From Bacillota bacterium (lineage in GTDB: Bacteria > Bacillota > Sulfobacillia > JAJZYS01 > JAJYTV01): DNA of 64,000 nucleotides. The stretch covers positions 11,032 through 75,031 of the forward strand of contig JAJYSZ010000003.1 of assembly GCA_021793315.1 (NCBI GenBank), in the 5' to 3' direction. Under the pieces are notes generated by a model. The model saw nothing but the letters and a program-made list of their open reading frames with translations. It made no database searches and was not told the origin of the DNA. How positions within the stretch are numbered: the stretch's first letter is position 1; every line of letters starts with the position of its first letter. Below are positions 46,164 to 55,640 of this stretch, in pieces. A program made the translations under genes and the position numbers.

Positions 46164-46738
46164 CACCGTTGCCTGCCCTTCGGTTGGTCCATGGTCCTGC
46201 GCAGCCGCTCCTTCGCACGGTAGAGCCAAGTAGCTACGGTTCCTTCCGTCGTCTGGAGCATGCCCGCGATCTCATGGTAGGAGAGGTCCTGCTCGTAGCG
46301 CAGTGCAAGGATCCTGCGGTCATGCAGGCTCAGCGCAGCGAGCGCCTGCGCGATTTCCAGCTGGCGCTCCGCGCGCAGCAGCCGCTCATCGGGCAGAGCC
46401 TCGGGATCCGGGCGATCATGCAGCGCGTCGTCGAAGGGCAGCTGAGGCAGCTTGTGCCTGCGCCAGCCATCTCGCAGATGGTTGACGGCGATCTGCCGGA
46501 GCCAGCCGAAGAACCGCTCGCCGTCCCTCAGGTGGCCGACCGCTTCGAACGCCTTGACCCAAGTGACCTGGGCCAACTCCTCGGCGGCGTCCGGGTCTGC
46601 GGTGAGTGCGGCACACATGCGCCGTACCCGGACCTCATAACGCATGACGAGTATGGCGAACGCACGTGCATCCTGCTCTTGGGCACGGCGCACGAGCTCA
46701 CGGTCATTCAAGCTGGCGAGGTCCTCTTTGACCGACAC
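46163..46738 (-). CDS. ECF RNA polymerase sigma factor (SigW-like)
   Basis: DRELVRRAQ, AEELAQ, WLRQIAVN, LSYHEIA, GTVATWLYRAK; GTG at 46738. Confidence 0.93.
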   Translation of the reverse strand: MSVKEDLASLNDRELVRRAQEQDARAFAILVMRYEVRVRRMCAALTADPDAAEELAQVTWVKAFEAVGHLRDGERFFGWLRQIAVNHLRDGWRRHKLPQLPFDDALHDRPDPEALPDERLLRAERQLEIAQALAALSLHDRRILALRYEQDLSYHEIAGMLQTTEGTVATWLYRAKERLRRTMDQPKGRQR

Positions 46739-46773
46739 CCGCCTGTCCCTCCAGAAAGCCCGCTGCAACTACT

Positions 46774-46801
46774 TAGACGCAAAACGTGCCAAGATGTTTC
46801 A
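46774..46801 (-). promoter_or_regulatory. ECF (SigW/SigM-type) autoregulatory promoter
   Basis: TGAAAC-N16-CGTCTA on the minus strand directly upstream of the sigma gene. Confidence 0.85.
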
Positions 46802-47008
46802 ACGGGTCTGCAGTTGCACGGCCAGATGCCGCGACTTAGCCGTTCATTCCTCCTTGCGCGAGTCAATCCCTGCCCCTTTCGGCCGAGACACGGCGGCGGA
46901 AGAACCTACCACGGTCGACGCAGGGAAGCGCTGGGGTGCATGGCGAGGGCGGCAGCCTGGGCCCGCCCTTGCCCTCGCCCGTGGCTGCCGCCCTCTTTCG
47001 CCGCCCGA

Positions 47009-47224
47009 TTATTCCTGGTTCTCGGACCCGTCCTCGGCAAGCGCCTCCTCGCCGCGCTGCACGAGGCGCCGCACCATCTGTCCGCCCACCTTGCCAAGCT
47101 GGCGGGCGGTAAGATCGCCATTGTCGCCGTTTTCCTCAAGGGGCACGTCGACGTCGTCGGCGACGTCCATCTTGAGGTCGTCGAGCGCTTCCTCCGGCGT
47201 CTTCTTCCCATCGCGATCCGTCAT
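47009..47224 (-). CDS. Alpha/beta-type small acid-soluble spore protein
   Basis: ALDDLKMDVA...GDLTARQLGKVGGQMVRRLV. Confidence 0.88.
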   Translation of the reverse strand: MTDRDGKKTPEEALDDLKMDVADDVDVPLEENGDNGDLTARQLGKVGGQMVRRLVQRGEEALAEDGSENQE

Positions 47225-47352
47225 CCTGCGCCACCTCCCCAGGCGGAAGTGTCCCCGCTTGGAGGACACGCGATGAATCGTGGAGCGAGGAACGGACCCG
47301 CAACCGGAGATGCCTCGCCAGAGACGAGCCGACAGCGTATAATGCCGTTGTC

Positions 47353-47428
47353 GGCCCCATGGTCTAGAGGCCTAGGACACCACTCTTTCAAGGTGGGAAC
47401 ACGGGTTCGAATCCCGTTGGGGCCACCA
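47353..47428 (+). tRNA. tRNA-Glu(TTC)
   Basis: 76 nt; acceptor stem GGCCCCA/TGGGGCC plus ACCA; anticodon arm CCACT-CTTTCAA-GGTGG; T-loop GGTTCGAATCC; TATAAT just upstream. Confidence 0.97.
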
Positions 47429-47535
47429 GGCGTAAGGCGCGAGGCAACTGCGCAAGCAGCCCTCGCGCTCTTTTTGTTCATGGCTTGACAGCCCAATAGG
47501 CCCAGGCAATAGTTAAGCGACTAAACATCTAAGAG

Positions 47536-48015
47536 GTGGAGTCCGTGGCCGGGCCGGATGTGGATGAACTGATCACGCTGCTCTTCCAGACGCTGGCCGG
47601 CTTCCGCCGGCATCAGCGCAAGGAAGCAGAAGCAGGACTCGGTCCGAGCCATCAGATGCTGCTCTGGCGCCTCAAGCCGCGGGGCCGGTTCGAGACGCCA
47701 TGGCCCCAGGGTCCTTCGCGCGTCTCTGACCTTGCGCAGGCCTTGCAACTGACTCCGGCAGCGATCACCCAGCTCGTCGCCGACTTGGAGCGGCGGGGCT
47801 ATGTCCGTCGGGACCGCGACGAGCGGGACCACAGGGCCGTGGTGGTCAGCCTGACGCCCCAAGGCGAAGAAGTGCTCGCGGAGCACAGGCAGCGCAGGCG
47901 GGTAGAGATGCAGCGGCTCGTGGAGGCTCTCGAGCCGCAGGACCGCGAAGCGCTGCTGCGCATTCTGCATCGGCTCAGGGCGATTGCCCGTGAAGGTGGG
48001 GATCCGGACCACTGA
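47536..48015 (+). CDS. MarR family transcriptional regulator
   Basis: VSDLAQALQLTPAAITQLVADLERRGYV.R..DERDHR...LTPQG; TTGACA upstream. Confidence 0.92.
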   Translation: MESVAGPDVDELITLLFQTLAGFRRHQRKEAEAGLGPSHQMLLWRLKPRGRFETPWPQGPSRVSDLAQALQLTPAAITQLVADLERRGYVRRDRDERDHRAVVVSLTPQGEEVLAEHRQRRRVEMQRLVEALEPQDREALLRILHRLRAIAREGGDPDH

Positions 48016-48127
48016 GGCATCAGACAAGGCATCTTAGGAAAACTTGGCCAAGAACTTACCTTGGCAAAAGAAATGGCGACCAGAATCAAAGAGCCGTGCA
48101 CACCGCAGCGCTAGAGGGGGAACCGGG

Positions 48128-50182
48128 ATGCGTCGTGTCGTGACCATCGTTGTGGTGGTCGTGGTTGTCTTGGCAGTTGCCTTTGTCGGCGTTCGTGCCT
48201 TAAGAGCAGGGCACAAGACCACCCAGCAGAATTATGCCGTTGCCACCGCCTATAACGGGCCGCTAATGGTCAATGTGACCGGCAGCGGCACGGTGCAGGC
48301 GGCGACTTCCGTCAACGTGAACGCCCAGGAGCCGGGCACCGTGACTTCGGTGCCTGTGCAGGTCGGCAGCCAGGTGCGTGCCGGGGAGATCCTGGCCACC
48401 GTGGCCGACACGCAGAGCACGCTCGCCTCGAATCTCCTGTCCTCCGAGGCTCAGTTGGCCTCGGACCAGGCCAGCCTCAGCCAGCTCGTCTCGCCGACGC
48501 CCGCCTCGGCGACGCAGATCCAGGCGGACAAGGATCGCATCAAGGTCGACCAGCAGAAGATCGCCAATGACCAGCAGAAGATCACGAACGACGAGCAGAA
48601 GATCACCAGCGACCAGCAGAAGGTCGCGACCGACCAGCAAAACCTCCAGTATCTCACGGTCACCGCGCCGGTGGCGGGCGTGATCTCGACCGTCAGCGCC
48701 ACACCGGGGCAGAATGTCGGCCAGGGCGCGACGGTCGTCCAGATCGTGCAGCCGAATTCGATCGAGGTGCAGACCAGCATACCCGAAATCGATCTGCCGA
48801 ACATCTACATCGGTGAGGGCGTGCAGGTCTGGACGCAGGACCAGGGCACGCTGAACGCCGCGGTCTCGGCGATCGGCGTCACGTCGAGCGGCTCGAACCG
48901 GCAGGGAGCCCTCTTCCCCGTGACTTTGACCATCGAGAACCCGCCCTCGGGCATGCGGGCCGGCATGAACGCCACGGCCAACTTCACGCAGATCTACCTG
49001 ACGGAAGCCGGGACGGTCGCGTTCGCAGACACCCAGGCCGTCACGACCCAGGTGGCGGGCAGCGTCACGAGCGTCGCGGTGCAGACCGGGCAGAACGTGC
49101 AGCAGGGCGCGACCTTGCTGACGCTCTCGAATCCGTCGCTGCAGACACAGCTCACCACGGACGAGGCCCTGGTGAGTTCGGATGAGGCCCAGGTGAATTC
49201 GGACAAGACGCAGGTGAGTTCGGACCAGGCGCAGTTCACGTCGGATCAGGCCACGCTCCAGCAGCTCGAGAGCCCGACGCCGCCGTCGGCCGGCCAGGTG
49301 TCATCGCTCAAGGCGAAGATCGCCGTGGACCAGCTGAACGTGCAGAAGGCCAAGAACGCCTTGGGCGATCTCAACATCACGAGCCCGATCGCCGGCATCG
49401 TCACGGCTGTTAACGTGCAGCCCGGCGACACGGTGACCCAGGGCGGCGGCGTCACGAGCGGCAACGGCTCCTCGACGACGACATCCGCGTCCACAGCGCC
49501 GTTTGCGGTGGAAGCGCCCAGTTCCCTGCAGATCGTGGTGCCGATCAGCCAGGTGTCGATCGCCCAGGTAAAGGTGGGGCAGAAAGTCGTCGTGACGTCG
49601 GACGCCTTGCCCGGGCAGATCTTCGCCGGGACGGTGGCCCTGATCTCCCCGGCAGGGACGAACTCTTCGGGCGTCGCGAACTTCAACGTCATCATCGACG
49701 TCGCCAAGCCGGGCGGGATGCTGGCCGGCATGTCGGCGAGCGTCACGATCGACGTCGCCTTCGTCCGCCAGACGCTCCTCGTGCCCGTGGAGTCCGTGAC
49801 CGGCACGGGCCCCTCGGCCACTGTGGAACTCGTCAGGAACGGCAAGATCACGGTGCAGCGGGTGAACGCCGGCCTTTCCAACGATGTTGCGATCCAGATC
49901 CTCTCCGGACTCAAGGCGGGTGACAAGGTGGTCACAGCCTCCGTCTCCAGCTCGACGTCCGGCACCGGCTTCGGCGGCGGCGGCGGCGGCGGCTTGCGGG
50001 TGGGTGGACTCGGCGGCGGCGGCGGCGGCGGTGGCAGCTTCCGCAGCGGCAGCCACAGCGGTGGGTCCGGTGGCAGCGGTGGCGGCTCGGGCGGTGGCGG
50101 CTTCGGCGGTGGTGGCTTCGGCGGAGGCTCGGGCGGCGGCTCGGGCGGCGGCAGCTCTACTGGCGGCAGCGGAGGCCAGTGA
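48128..50182 (+). CDS. Membrane fusion (HlyD/MacA-like) protein with duplicated hairpin modules and Gly-rich tail
   Basis: N-terminal TM; three lipoyl-like half motifs (GTVTSVPVQVG, APVAGVI, SPIAGIV); heptad repeats; GLKAGDKVV; long Gly/Ser tail. Confidence 0.88.
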   Translation: MRRVVTIVVVVVVVLAVAFVGVRALRAGHKTTQQNYAVATAYNGPLMVNVTGSGTVQAATSVNVNAQEPGTVTSVPVQVGSQVRAGEILATVADTQSTLASNLLSSEAQLASDQASLSQLVSPTPASATQIQADKDRIKVDQQKIANDQQKITNDEQKITSDQQKVATDQQNLQYLTVTAPVAGVISTVSATPGQNVGQGATVVQIVQPNSIEVQTSIPEIDLPNIYIGEGVQVWTQDQGTLNAAVSAIGVTSSGSNRQGALFPVTLTIENPPSGMRAGMNATANFTQIYLTEAGTVAFADTQAVTTQVAGSVTSVAVQTGQNVQQGATLLTLSNPSLQTQLTTDEALVSSDEAQVNSDKTQVSSDQAQFTSDQATLQQLESPTPPSAGQVSSLKAKIAVDQLNVQKAKNALGDLNITSPIAGIVTAVNVQPGDTVTQGGGVTSGNGSSTTTSASTAPFAVEAPSSLQIVVPISQVSIAQVKVGQKVVVTSDALPGQIFAGTVALISPAGTNSSGVANFNVIIDVAKPGGMLAGMSASVTIDVAFVRQTLLVPVESVTGTGPSATVELVRNGKITVQRVNAGLSNDVAIQILSGLKAGDKVVTASVSSSTSGTGFGGGGGGGLRVGGLGGGGGGGGSFRSGSHSGGSGGSGGGSGGGGFGGGGFGGGSGGGSGGGSSTGGSGGQ

Positions 50183-50183
50183 T

Positions 50184-50909
50184 ATGCCCGATGTCATCCG
50201 CGTCGAGGACCTGAAGCGCACCTACCGCATGGGCGATGTGCAAGTGCACGCCTTGCGCGGCCTGCACTTCGCGATCCCGGAGGGGCTGATGGTAGCCATC
50301 ATGGGCCCTTCGGGTTCGGGCAAGTCGACGCTTCTCAATCTCCTGGGCTGCCTCGATCGACCCAGCGCCGGTTCCTACTTCCTGGGCGGCGAAGAGGTGG
50401 GACGCAAGTCGGATGACGCCCTCGCCGACGTGCGCAACCGTCGCATCGGCTTCGTGTTTCAGAACTACAACCTGCTGCCGCAGCTCACCGCGTTCGAGAA
50501 TGTCGAGCTGCCCCTCGTCTACCGGGGGTTGACCGGGGCGCAGCGGCGCAAGCGCGCCGAGGACGCCCTGGCGGCAGTAGGGCTTTCGGATCGCCGGCAT
50601 CACAGGCCCACGGAGCTCTCGGGTGGGCAGCAGCAGCGCGTGGGCGTAGCCCGCGCCCTGGCTGGGGAACCGGACGTGATCCTGGCCGACGAACCGACGG
50701 GGAACCTTGACTCCACCTCGGGCGAAGATGTGATGCGCCTCTTCCTCGAACTGCACAAGACCGGTCGGACGATCGTGATCGTCACGCATGACGAGGACGT
50801 CGCCCTGCACACTGAACGTATCATCCGCCTGCGCGACGGCCTCGTCGTCTCGGATGACCTGGTGCCCGCCTCGCGCAGGCACACCGTGGGGGAGGTGCAG
50901 GGGCTTTGA
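50184..50909 (+). CDS. ABC transporter ATP-binding protein (MacB/LolD type)
   Basis: GPSGSGKST, LSGGQQQRV, ILADEPTGNLD, VTHD. Confidence 0.96.
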   Translation: MPDVIRVEDLKRTYRMGDVQVHALRGLHFAIPEGLMVAIMGPSGSGKSTLLNLLGCLDRPSAGSYFLGGEEVGRKSDDALADVRNRRIGFVFQNYNLLPQLTAFENVELPLVYRGLTGAQRRKRAEDALAAVGLSDRRHHRPTELSGGQQQRVGVARALAGEPDVILADEPTGNLDSTSGEDVMRLFLELHKTGRTIVIVTHDEDVALHTERIIRLRDGLVVSDDLVPASRRHTVGEVQGL

Positions 50910-52078
50910 TGATCTACGAGAGCATGCGGATGGCGTGGCGCAGTCTGATGATGGGCAAACTGCGCGCGTTTCTGACCATGCTCGGCATCATCATCGGCGT
51001 CGGCGCCGTGATCGCGCTGATCTCGATCGGGCAGGCAGCGACGGGATCGGTCACGTCGCAGATCCAGTCGCTCGGTTCGAACCTGATCACAGTCACGCCG
51101 ATGCGCTCGAGCGGTGCCGTTCTCTACTACCCGCAGGATGTGACCTGGCTCAAGCAGGTCGTACCGCAGATCAGCGCCGACGCACCGCTGATGACCGGCC
51201 AGGTCACTTCAGCTTTCGGCTCTCAGACCTACTCCACGTCGCTGATGGGCACGACCCCGCAATCTCTCAAGATCCAGGGCCGCACCCTGGCATCAGGCCG
51301 TTACATCATCGCGTCGGACGTCACCTATCGGCGTGACGTCGCCGTGATCGGCCAGACGGTGGAGCAGCAGCTGTTCGGCGTGCGCTCGGGCATGGGGCAG
51401 ACCATCTACGTCAACGGCACGCCACTGACGGTGATCGGCGTCCTCAAAACGGCCGGCGGCGCGTTCGGGGCGAACCAGGACGACGTGATCCTGACGCCGA
51501 TCACCACGGCCGAAGAGGTCCTCGGCACCAACCAGATCACTTCTCTCATCGCGGAAGCGAGATCTTCGAGCGTGGCGCCACTCGCGGTGGCCCAGATCGA
51601 GGCCGTCATGAACACGCGCTTTGACAACCAGAACGCGGCCATGGTCGTCTCCCAGGACCAGATCCTCTCCACCCTCTCCACGATCACCGGCACTCTCACG
51701 ATGATGCTTGGCGGCATCGCGGGCATCTCGCTGCTCGTGGGCGGCATCGGCATCATGAACATCATGCTGGTGACCGTCGCGGAGCGTACGCGCGAGATCG
51801 GCCTGCGCAAGGCGATCGGCGCTCGCCGCGGTGCCATCCTGACGCAGTTCCTGGTGGAGTCCGGCATCCTCAGCCTGTTCGGTGGAGCAATCGGCGCCCT
51901 CCTGGGCAGTCTCGGGGCGAAGATCATGGCCACCGCCCTCGGCTGGAGCGGAGGGGTCGCGAGCAGCTCGATCATCCTGGCGCTCGGCTTCTCGCTGGTG
52001 GTCGGCATCGTGTTCGGGATGTGGCCCGCCATGCGCGCCAGCCGCCTCGACCCGATCGAGGCCCTGCGGCAGGGCTGA
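50906..52078 (+). CDS. MacB/FtsX-type ABC permease
   Basis: LTMLGIIIGV, GGIGIMNIMLVTVAERTREIGLRKAIGA, LDPIEALR. Confidence 0.95.
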   Translation: MMIYESMRMAWRSLMMGKLRAFLTMLGIIIGVGAVIALISIGQAATGSVTSQIQSLGSNLITVTPMRSSGAVLYYPQDVTWLKQVVPQISADAPLMTGQVTSAFGSQTYSTSLMGTTPQSLKIQGRTLASGRYIIASDVTYRRDVAVIGQTVEQQLFGVRSGMGQTIYVNGTPLTVIGVLKTAGGAFGANQDDVILTPITTAEEVLGTNQITSLIAEARSSSVAPLAVAQIEAVMNTRFDNQNAAMVVSQDQILSTLSTITGTLTMMLGGIAGISLLVGGIGIMNIMLVTVAERTREIGLRKAIGARRGAILTQFLVESGILSLFGGAIGALLGSLGAKIMATALGWSGGVASSSIILALGFSLVVGIVFGMWPAMRASRLDPIEALRQG

Positions 52079-52138
52079 GGCCAGCCCGGCCGGCAAGGTG
52101 CTATACTGCCTTGCGCAGGCAGGCTTGGAGGTGCAGTC

Positions 52139-52597
52139 ATGTCTCTTCGGGCGATGGTCGAGGCGATGCTGCAGGAGGATGGCTGGCAGTACGCGCCCGT
52201 TGAAGGCCAGTCCACCCTGGCGATGGGGTTTCGCGGCCAGCACGGCAGCTGGATGTGCTATGCCCACTGCGATGACGAGCGCGGCGCCCTGGTGATCTAC
52301 TCGGTGACGGCGAAGGCCGTGCCCGAGCAAGCCAGGCAGATCATGGCGGACTTCCTGACGCGCGCCAACTATGGCCTTGTCCTCGGCAACTTCGAGATGG
52401 ACTTCAGCGATGGGGAGACGCGGTTCAAGACCAGCGTCGAACTTGGGCAGACAGAGGCGAATACCGCTCTTCTGCGCAGGCTCCTGCACGTCAATGTCGC
52501 TACGCTCGACCGCTATCTGCCAGGCATCGAAGACGTCGCGGAGGGCCGGCTCAGCCCCGCGGAGGCTATGGAACTCTGCGAGGTGCCCGGCAGCTGA
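52139..52597 (+). CDS. YbjN domain protein
   Basis: FLTRANYGLVLGNFEMDFSDGE motif. Confidence 0.85.
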   Translation: MSLRAMVEAMLQEDGWQYAPVEGQSTLAMGFRGQHGSWMCYAHCDDERGALVIYSVTAKAVPEQARQIMADFLTRANYGLVLGNFEMDFSDGETRFKTSVELGQTEANTALLRRLLHVNVATLDRYLPGIEDVAEGRLSPAEAMELCEVPGS

Positions 52598-52834
52598 GAT
52601 CGACTGATAAGGAAGACGAATCGGCACCGCGGCCGCCCCGCAGGTTTGGGGGCAAGGCCGCGGTGCTTTGTTCCGCTGGGTGAGCGTCACAAGCGGGAGC
52701 AAGTTCGCGAGGGGCACGTATCGTGTCGCACGGCGCTCGCCCGGGTTCGCCACGGTAGAACAGCCCGGCCAGCCTATACTGTGCGCGACGCACGACCACC
52801 ACAGCGGTAGGCGCTGCGGCCTGGGGGCGGTCTA

Positions 52835-54949
52835 TTGGCTGATCGGCCGGGACGCGGAAATGCGCCTTCGGACCGAAGACGTTGGCTCCGGGTTTCCCTT
52901 GTCGGTTTTCTCGGACTCATCCTCGGGCAAGCCTCGATCGGTCACCCCGCCTGGCCTCTCGGACTCGCGGCTGCTGGCGGACTTGCCGAGTTGCCGTTCG
53001 CCGTAGTGGGTGTTCTGGCCGCCGCCATCGGCATCTTGCTGCGTGGGGCGGATGGAGCGGCGTTCGCCACGCTATTGAGCCTGGCGCTCCTGCCGATCGC
53101 GGTGGGCGAGGGCCTCTGGCCGCGCCTGCGCCGCGGCATCGGAGGTCCGCTGCTGGCGGGCATTCTGGCGCTGCCGCTTGCCCTGGCGCTGCCGGGGGGG
53201 TTCGAGCGCTTCCTCCTGGTGCCCGTCTCCATGTTCGGCGGCTGGACTGTGGCGTTTGCCTGGCGCGCCCTGCAGGGGGCCGAGCCGGAGCAGCGCCGCC
53301 TCGCGGCGGGTCTCCTGGCGGTGGCGGCCGTGTGGTCTTTGCAGGCGTCGCGCATGCCGTTGCTGGATCCAGACCTGGTGCTGGCCCTCGCGGTCGTCTT
53401 CGTCGCGCTGCGCTGCCGCCTGCGGGCGGCCCCGCTCGCGCTGGCGCTTGGCGCCGTACTTGCCCTTGGAACTTCCGTGCCGCCCGCGGCAGGCCTCTGG
53501 CTGGCGGCGGGTGGCGCCGTCGGCACTCTGCTGCGCCGCTACGGCCCCTTCTGGGGCTGGGTGGGTCTCGTCCTGCCGCTCGGGCTCATGCTGCCGCTGC
53601 TGCCGCTGGAGGCGGGCGAGGCCGTGGTTGGCTGCGCCCTGGCGCTCTTAGTCCTTGGCCAGGCGGTTCCCGAGAAAGCGTTCGCCGCCCTGCGCCTAAC
53701 GCTTGAACCGCCGCCACCGCCGGCGCCGAGCGGGCCCGAGGAGCGCATTCAGGGCGCTCTGAACCAGCTCGACACCCTGATCCGGGCCCTGGCCCCGGAG
53801 GTGGCCGCCACATCCGCAGAGGAGGCCGACGTCGCCCGCTACCTCGGCAGCGTGCGCGAACACGTCTGCAGCGGCTGCCCCCTGGAGCGCACCTGCTGGG
53901 ACCAAGGCTTCTACCGCACATACACAGGCGTGCGGGAACTGATGCTGCGCCATGAAGGCGGACCCGCCACCGGCGGGGACCTGCCTCCGGAACTGCGCCA
54001 GCGCTGTCCGCGTCCCGATCAGGTGGCCACGGCCGTCTCGGTGGCTGGCGACCGTCTGCGCGCCGAGGCCAACGTGCGACGTCTGTTGCAGGCTGAACGC
54101 ACACTCGCCCACGATGTGCTTCTGGGCGTGCGGCAGATGCTCGGCTGGGCGTTTACATCCCCCCCTGAGCATGCTCCACCCCGGATCCACTACGCCTGCG
54201 GCATCGCACAGCTGGCCAAGGGGCAGGCCGGCCTCAGCGGCGACTCCTATCTCGTGCGCGAGCTGGAGGAGGGCCGCTTGCTGATCGCGCTCTCGGATGG
54301 CATGGGCACCGGCTATGCGGCCGCGGAACAGAGTGCGGGCGCCCTCGAAGCGCTGGAAGGCCTGATTGCGACCGGCATGGACCCGGTGCTTGCGGTGCGC
54401 AGCACGAACGCCGTGCGTCGCGCCTTGGGCGGCGACAGCTACGCGACGCTGGACGTGGCCCTGATCGACCTCGTGGCCGGCGAGGTGGCTTCCCTGAAGA
54501 TTGGCGCTCCCGAGACCTATCTGTGGCGCGGCGACGGCGTGCAGGTGCTGCGGGGCGAGGCGCTGCCTCTCGGGGTGCTGCCTGAGGCGGAGGCGACGGT
54601 GCAGCACCTTTCGCTCCGAGCGGGGGACAGGCTGGTGCTGGTCTCGGACGGGGTGCTCGAAACCATGCCGGGGCAGCGCGGCGCATGGCTCGAGGCCATC
54701 CTCGCGACCCTCGGCGGTCGCGATCCGCAGTTCCTGGCGGAGGCGATCCTCGACGCGGCGCTTGGACGGCGCTCTGCGCCGCGCGACGATGCGACGGTGC
54801 TCGTGGTCGCTTTCTATCCCCAGCGCGGGGAGCCGGAGATCCGGCCGTGGCGCCGACGGACGGCGGCTGGGATAGCTTTGGCCGATCAGGGAAAGAATGC
54901 TGGCGGAAGGAGGCGTGTCCCATGGGCGAGGCGGTCGACCGGCCGGTGA
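52835..54949 (+). CDS. spoIIE: Stage II sporulation protein E (membrane PP2C phosphatase)
   Basis: N-terminal TM domain, CxxC...CW...C regulatory region, SGDSY, LSDGMG, ATLD, KIGA, VSDGV, DDATV; upstream of tilS-ftsH. Confidence 0.88.
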   Translation: MADRPGRGNAPSDRRRWLRVSLVGFLGLILGQASIGHPAWPLGLAAAGGLAELPFAVVGVLAAAIGILLRGADGAAFATLLSLALLPIAVGEGLWPRLRRGIGGPLLAGILALPLALALPGGFERFLLVPVSMFGGWTVAFAWRALQGAEPEQRRLAAGLLAVAAVWSLQASRMPLLDPDLVLALAVVFVALRCRLRAAPLALALGAVLALGTSVPPAAGLWLAAGGAVGTLLRRYGPFWGWVGLVLPLGLMLPLLPLEAGEAVVGCALALLVLGQAVPEKAFAALRLTLEPPPPPAPSGPEERIQGALNQLDTLIRALAPEVAATSAEEADVARYLGSVREHVCSGCPLERTCWDQGFYRTYTGVRELMLRHEGGPATGGDLPPELRQRCPRPDQVATAVSVAGDRLRAEANVRRLLQAERTLAHDVLLGVRQMLGWAFTSPPEHAPPRIHYACGIAQLAKGQAGLSGDSYLVRELEEGRLLIALSDGMGTGYAAAEQSAGALEALEGLIATGMDPVLAVRSTNAVRRALGGDSYATLDVALIDLVAGEVASLKIGAPETYLWRGDGVQVLRGEALPLGVLPEAEATVQHLSLRAGDRLVLVSDGVLETMPGQRGAWLEAILATLGGRDPQFLAEAILDAALGRRSAPRDDATVLVVAFYPQRGEPEIRPWRRRTAAGIALADQGKNAGGRRRVPWARRSTGR

Positions 54950-55602
54950 TCTGGGGCGAGTCGCATCGCTACCAGATCGGGGTGGCGCTGGGCGAGCGCA
55001 CCTTCTGGGCTTTGGACGAGGCAGGACGCGCCTGGACGGTCGAGATCGGCCGCAGCGAGATCCTGCACGCCCGCGCCGCATTGGCGCGGCGGCTGCCCCA
55101 GGGGATCCTGCCGCAGGTGCGCGAGTGCGGCGACATGCCAGGGGGGCGTCTCTCCTACCTGGTGACCGAATGGCTGGCGGGGTACACCCTGACGACGTTT
55201 CTCGAGGAAGGCCGGCGCCTGTCGCCCAACGAGCTGCGCGGGCTCGGCTTCGACATCGGCCTGGCGCTCGACGTGCTCGCGAAGCACGCAGTGTGGCTCA
55301 CAGGCGTGGCTTCGGACGAGATCATCTACAGCGTGCACGAGCGGCGCTGGCGCCTGGCGGCGCCCGGCCGCTGGCAGAATTGCGACGACGGCCCGCTCGA
55401 CCTCGGCTGGCTGGCGGCGGCCATGCTGGCGGCAGGCGGCAGCGTGCCGGGAGAGGAGCCCCCGTGGGCATTGGAGGATCGCCGGCTCTGGCGACTGCTG
55501 CAGGAGACGCTGTCCGGCCGCTTCACGCCTCGCGCGTGGATACGCCGCGTGCGGCGGCTGCGCGACATGGTGCGCGTGCTCGGAACCCTGTCGCAGCACT
55601 AG
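54922..55602 (+). CDS. Degenerate Ser/Thr kinase-like protein at the yabT position
   Basis: AAGGAGG precedes ATG at 54922; YLVTEWLAGYTL hinge-like segment; no recognisable catalytic loop or DFG; synteny between spoIIE and tilS. Confidence 0.55.
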   Translation: MGEAVDRPVIWGESHRYQIGVALGERTFWALDEAGRAWTVEIGRSEILHARAALARRLPQGILPQVRECGDMPGGRLSYLVTEWLAGYTLTTFLEEGRRLSPNELRGLGFDIGLALDVLAKHAVWLTGVASDEIIYSVHERRWRLAAPGRWQNCDDGPLDLGWLAAAMLAAGGSVPGEEPPWALEDRRLWRLLQETLSGRFTPRAWIRRVRRLRDMVRVLGTLSQH

Positions 55603-55640
55603 CGGCAGGACCGGGCCCTGCGACGTCGAAGCCGGGCGCC

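Noticed and set aside
47353-47520. tRNA-Glu as an integration site for an island or prophage
   Set aside because: No integrase is adjacent, and I noticed no repeat of the tRNA 3' end in the window.
49965-50175. GGC-rich low-complexity tract as a non-coding repeat element
   Set aside because: It is fully explained as the in-frame Gly/Ser tail of the adaptor protein.
52720-52782. Spo0A boxes upstream of spoIIE
   Set aside because: Only mismatched heptamers (TGTCGCA, GGTAGAA) near a TATACT; plausible biologically but not supportable from sequence alone.
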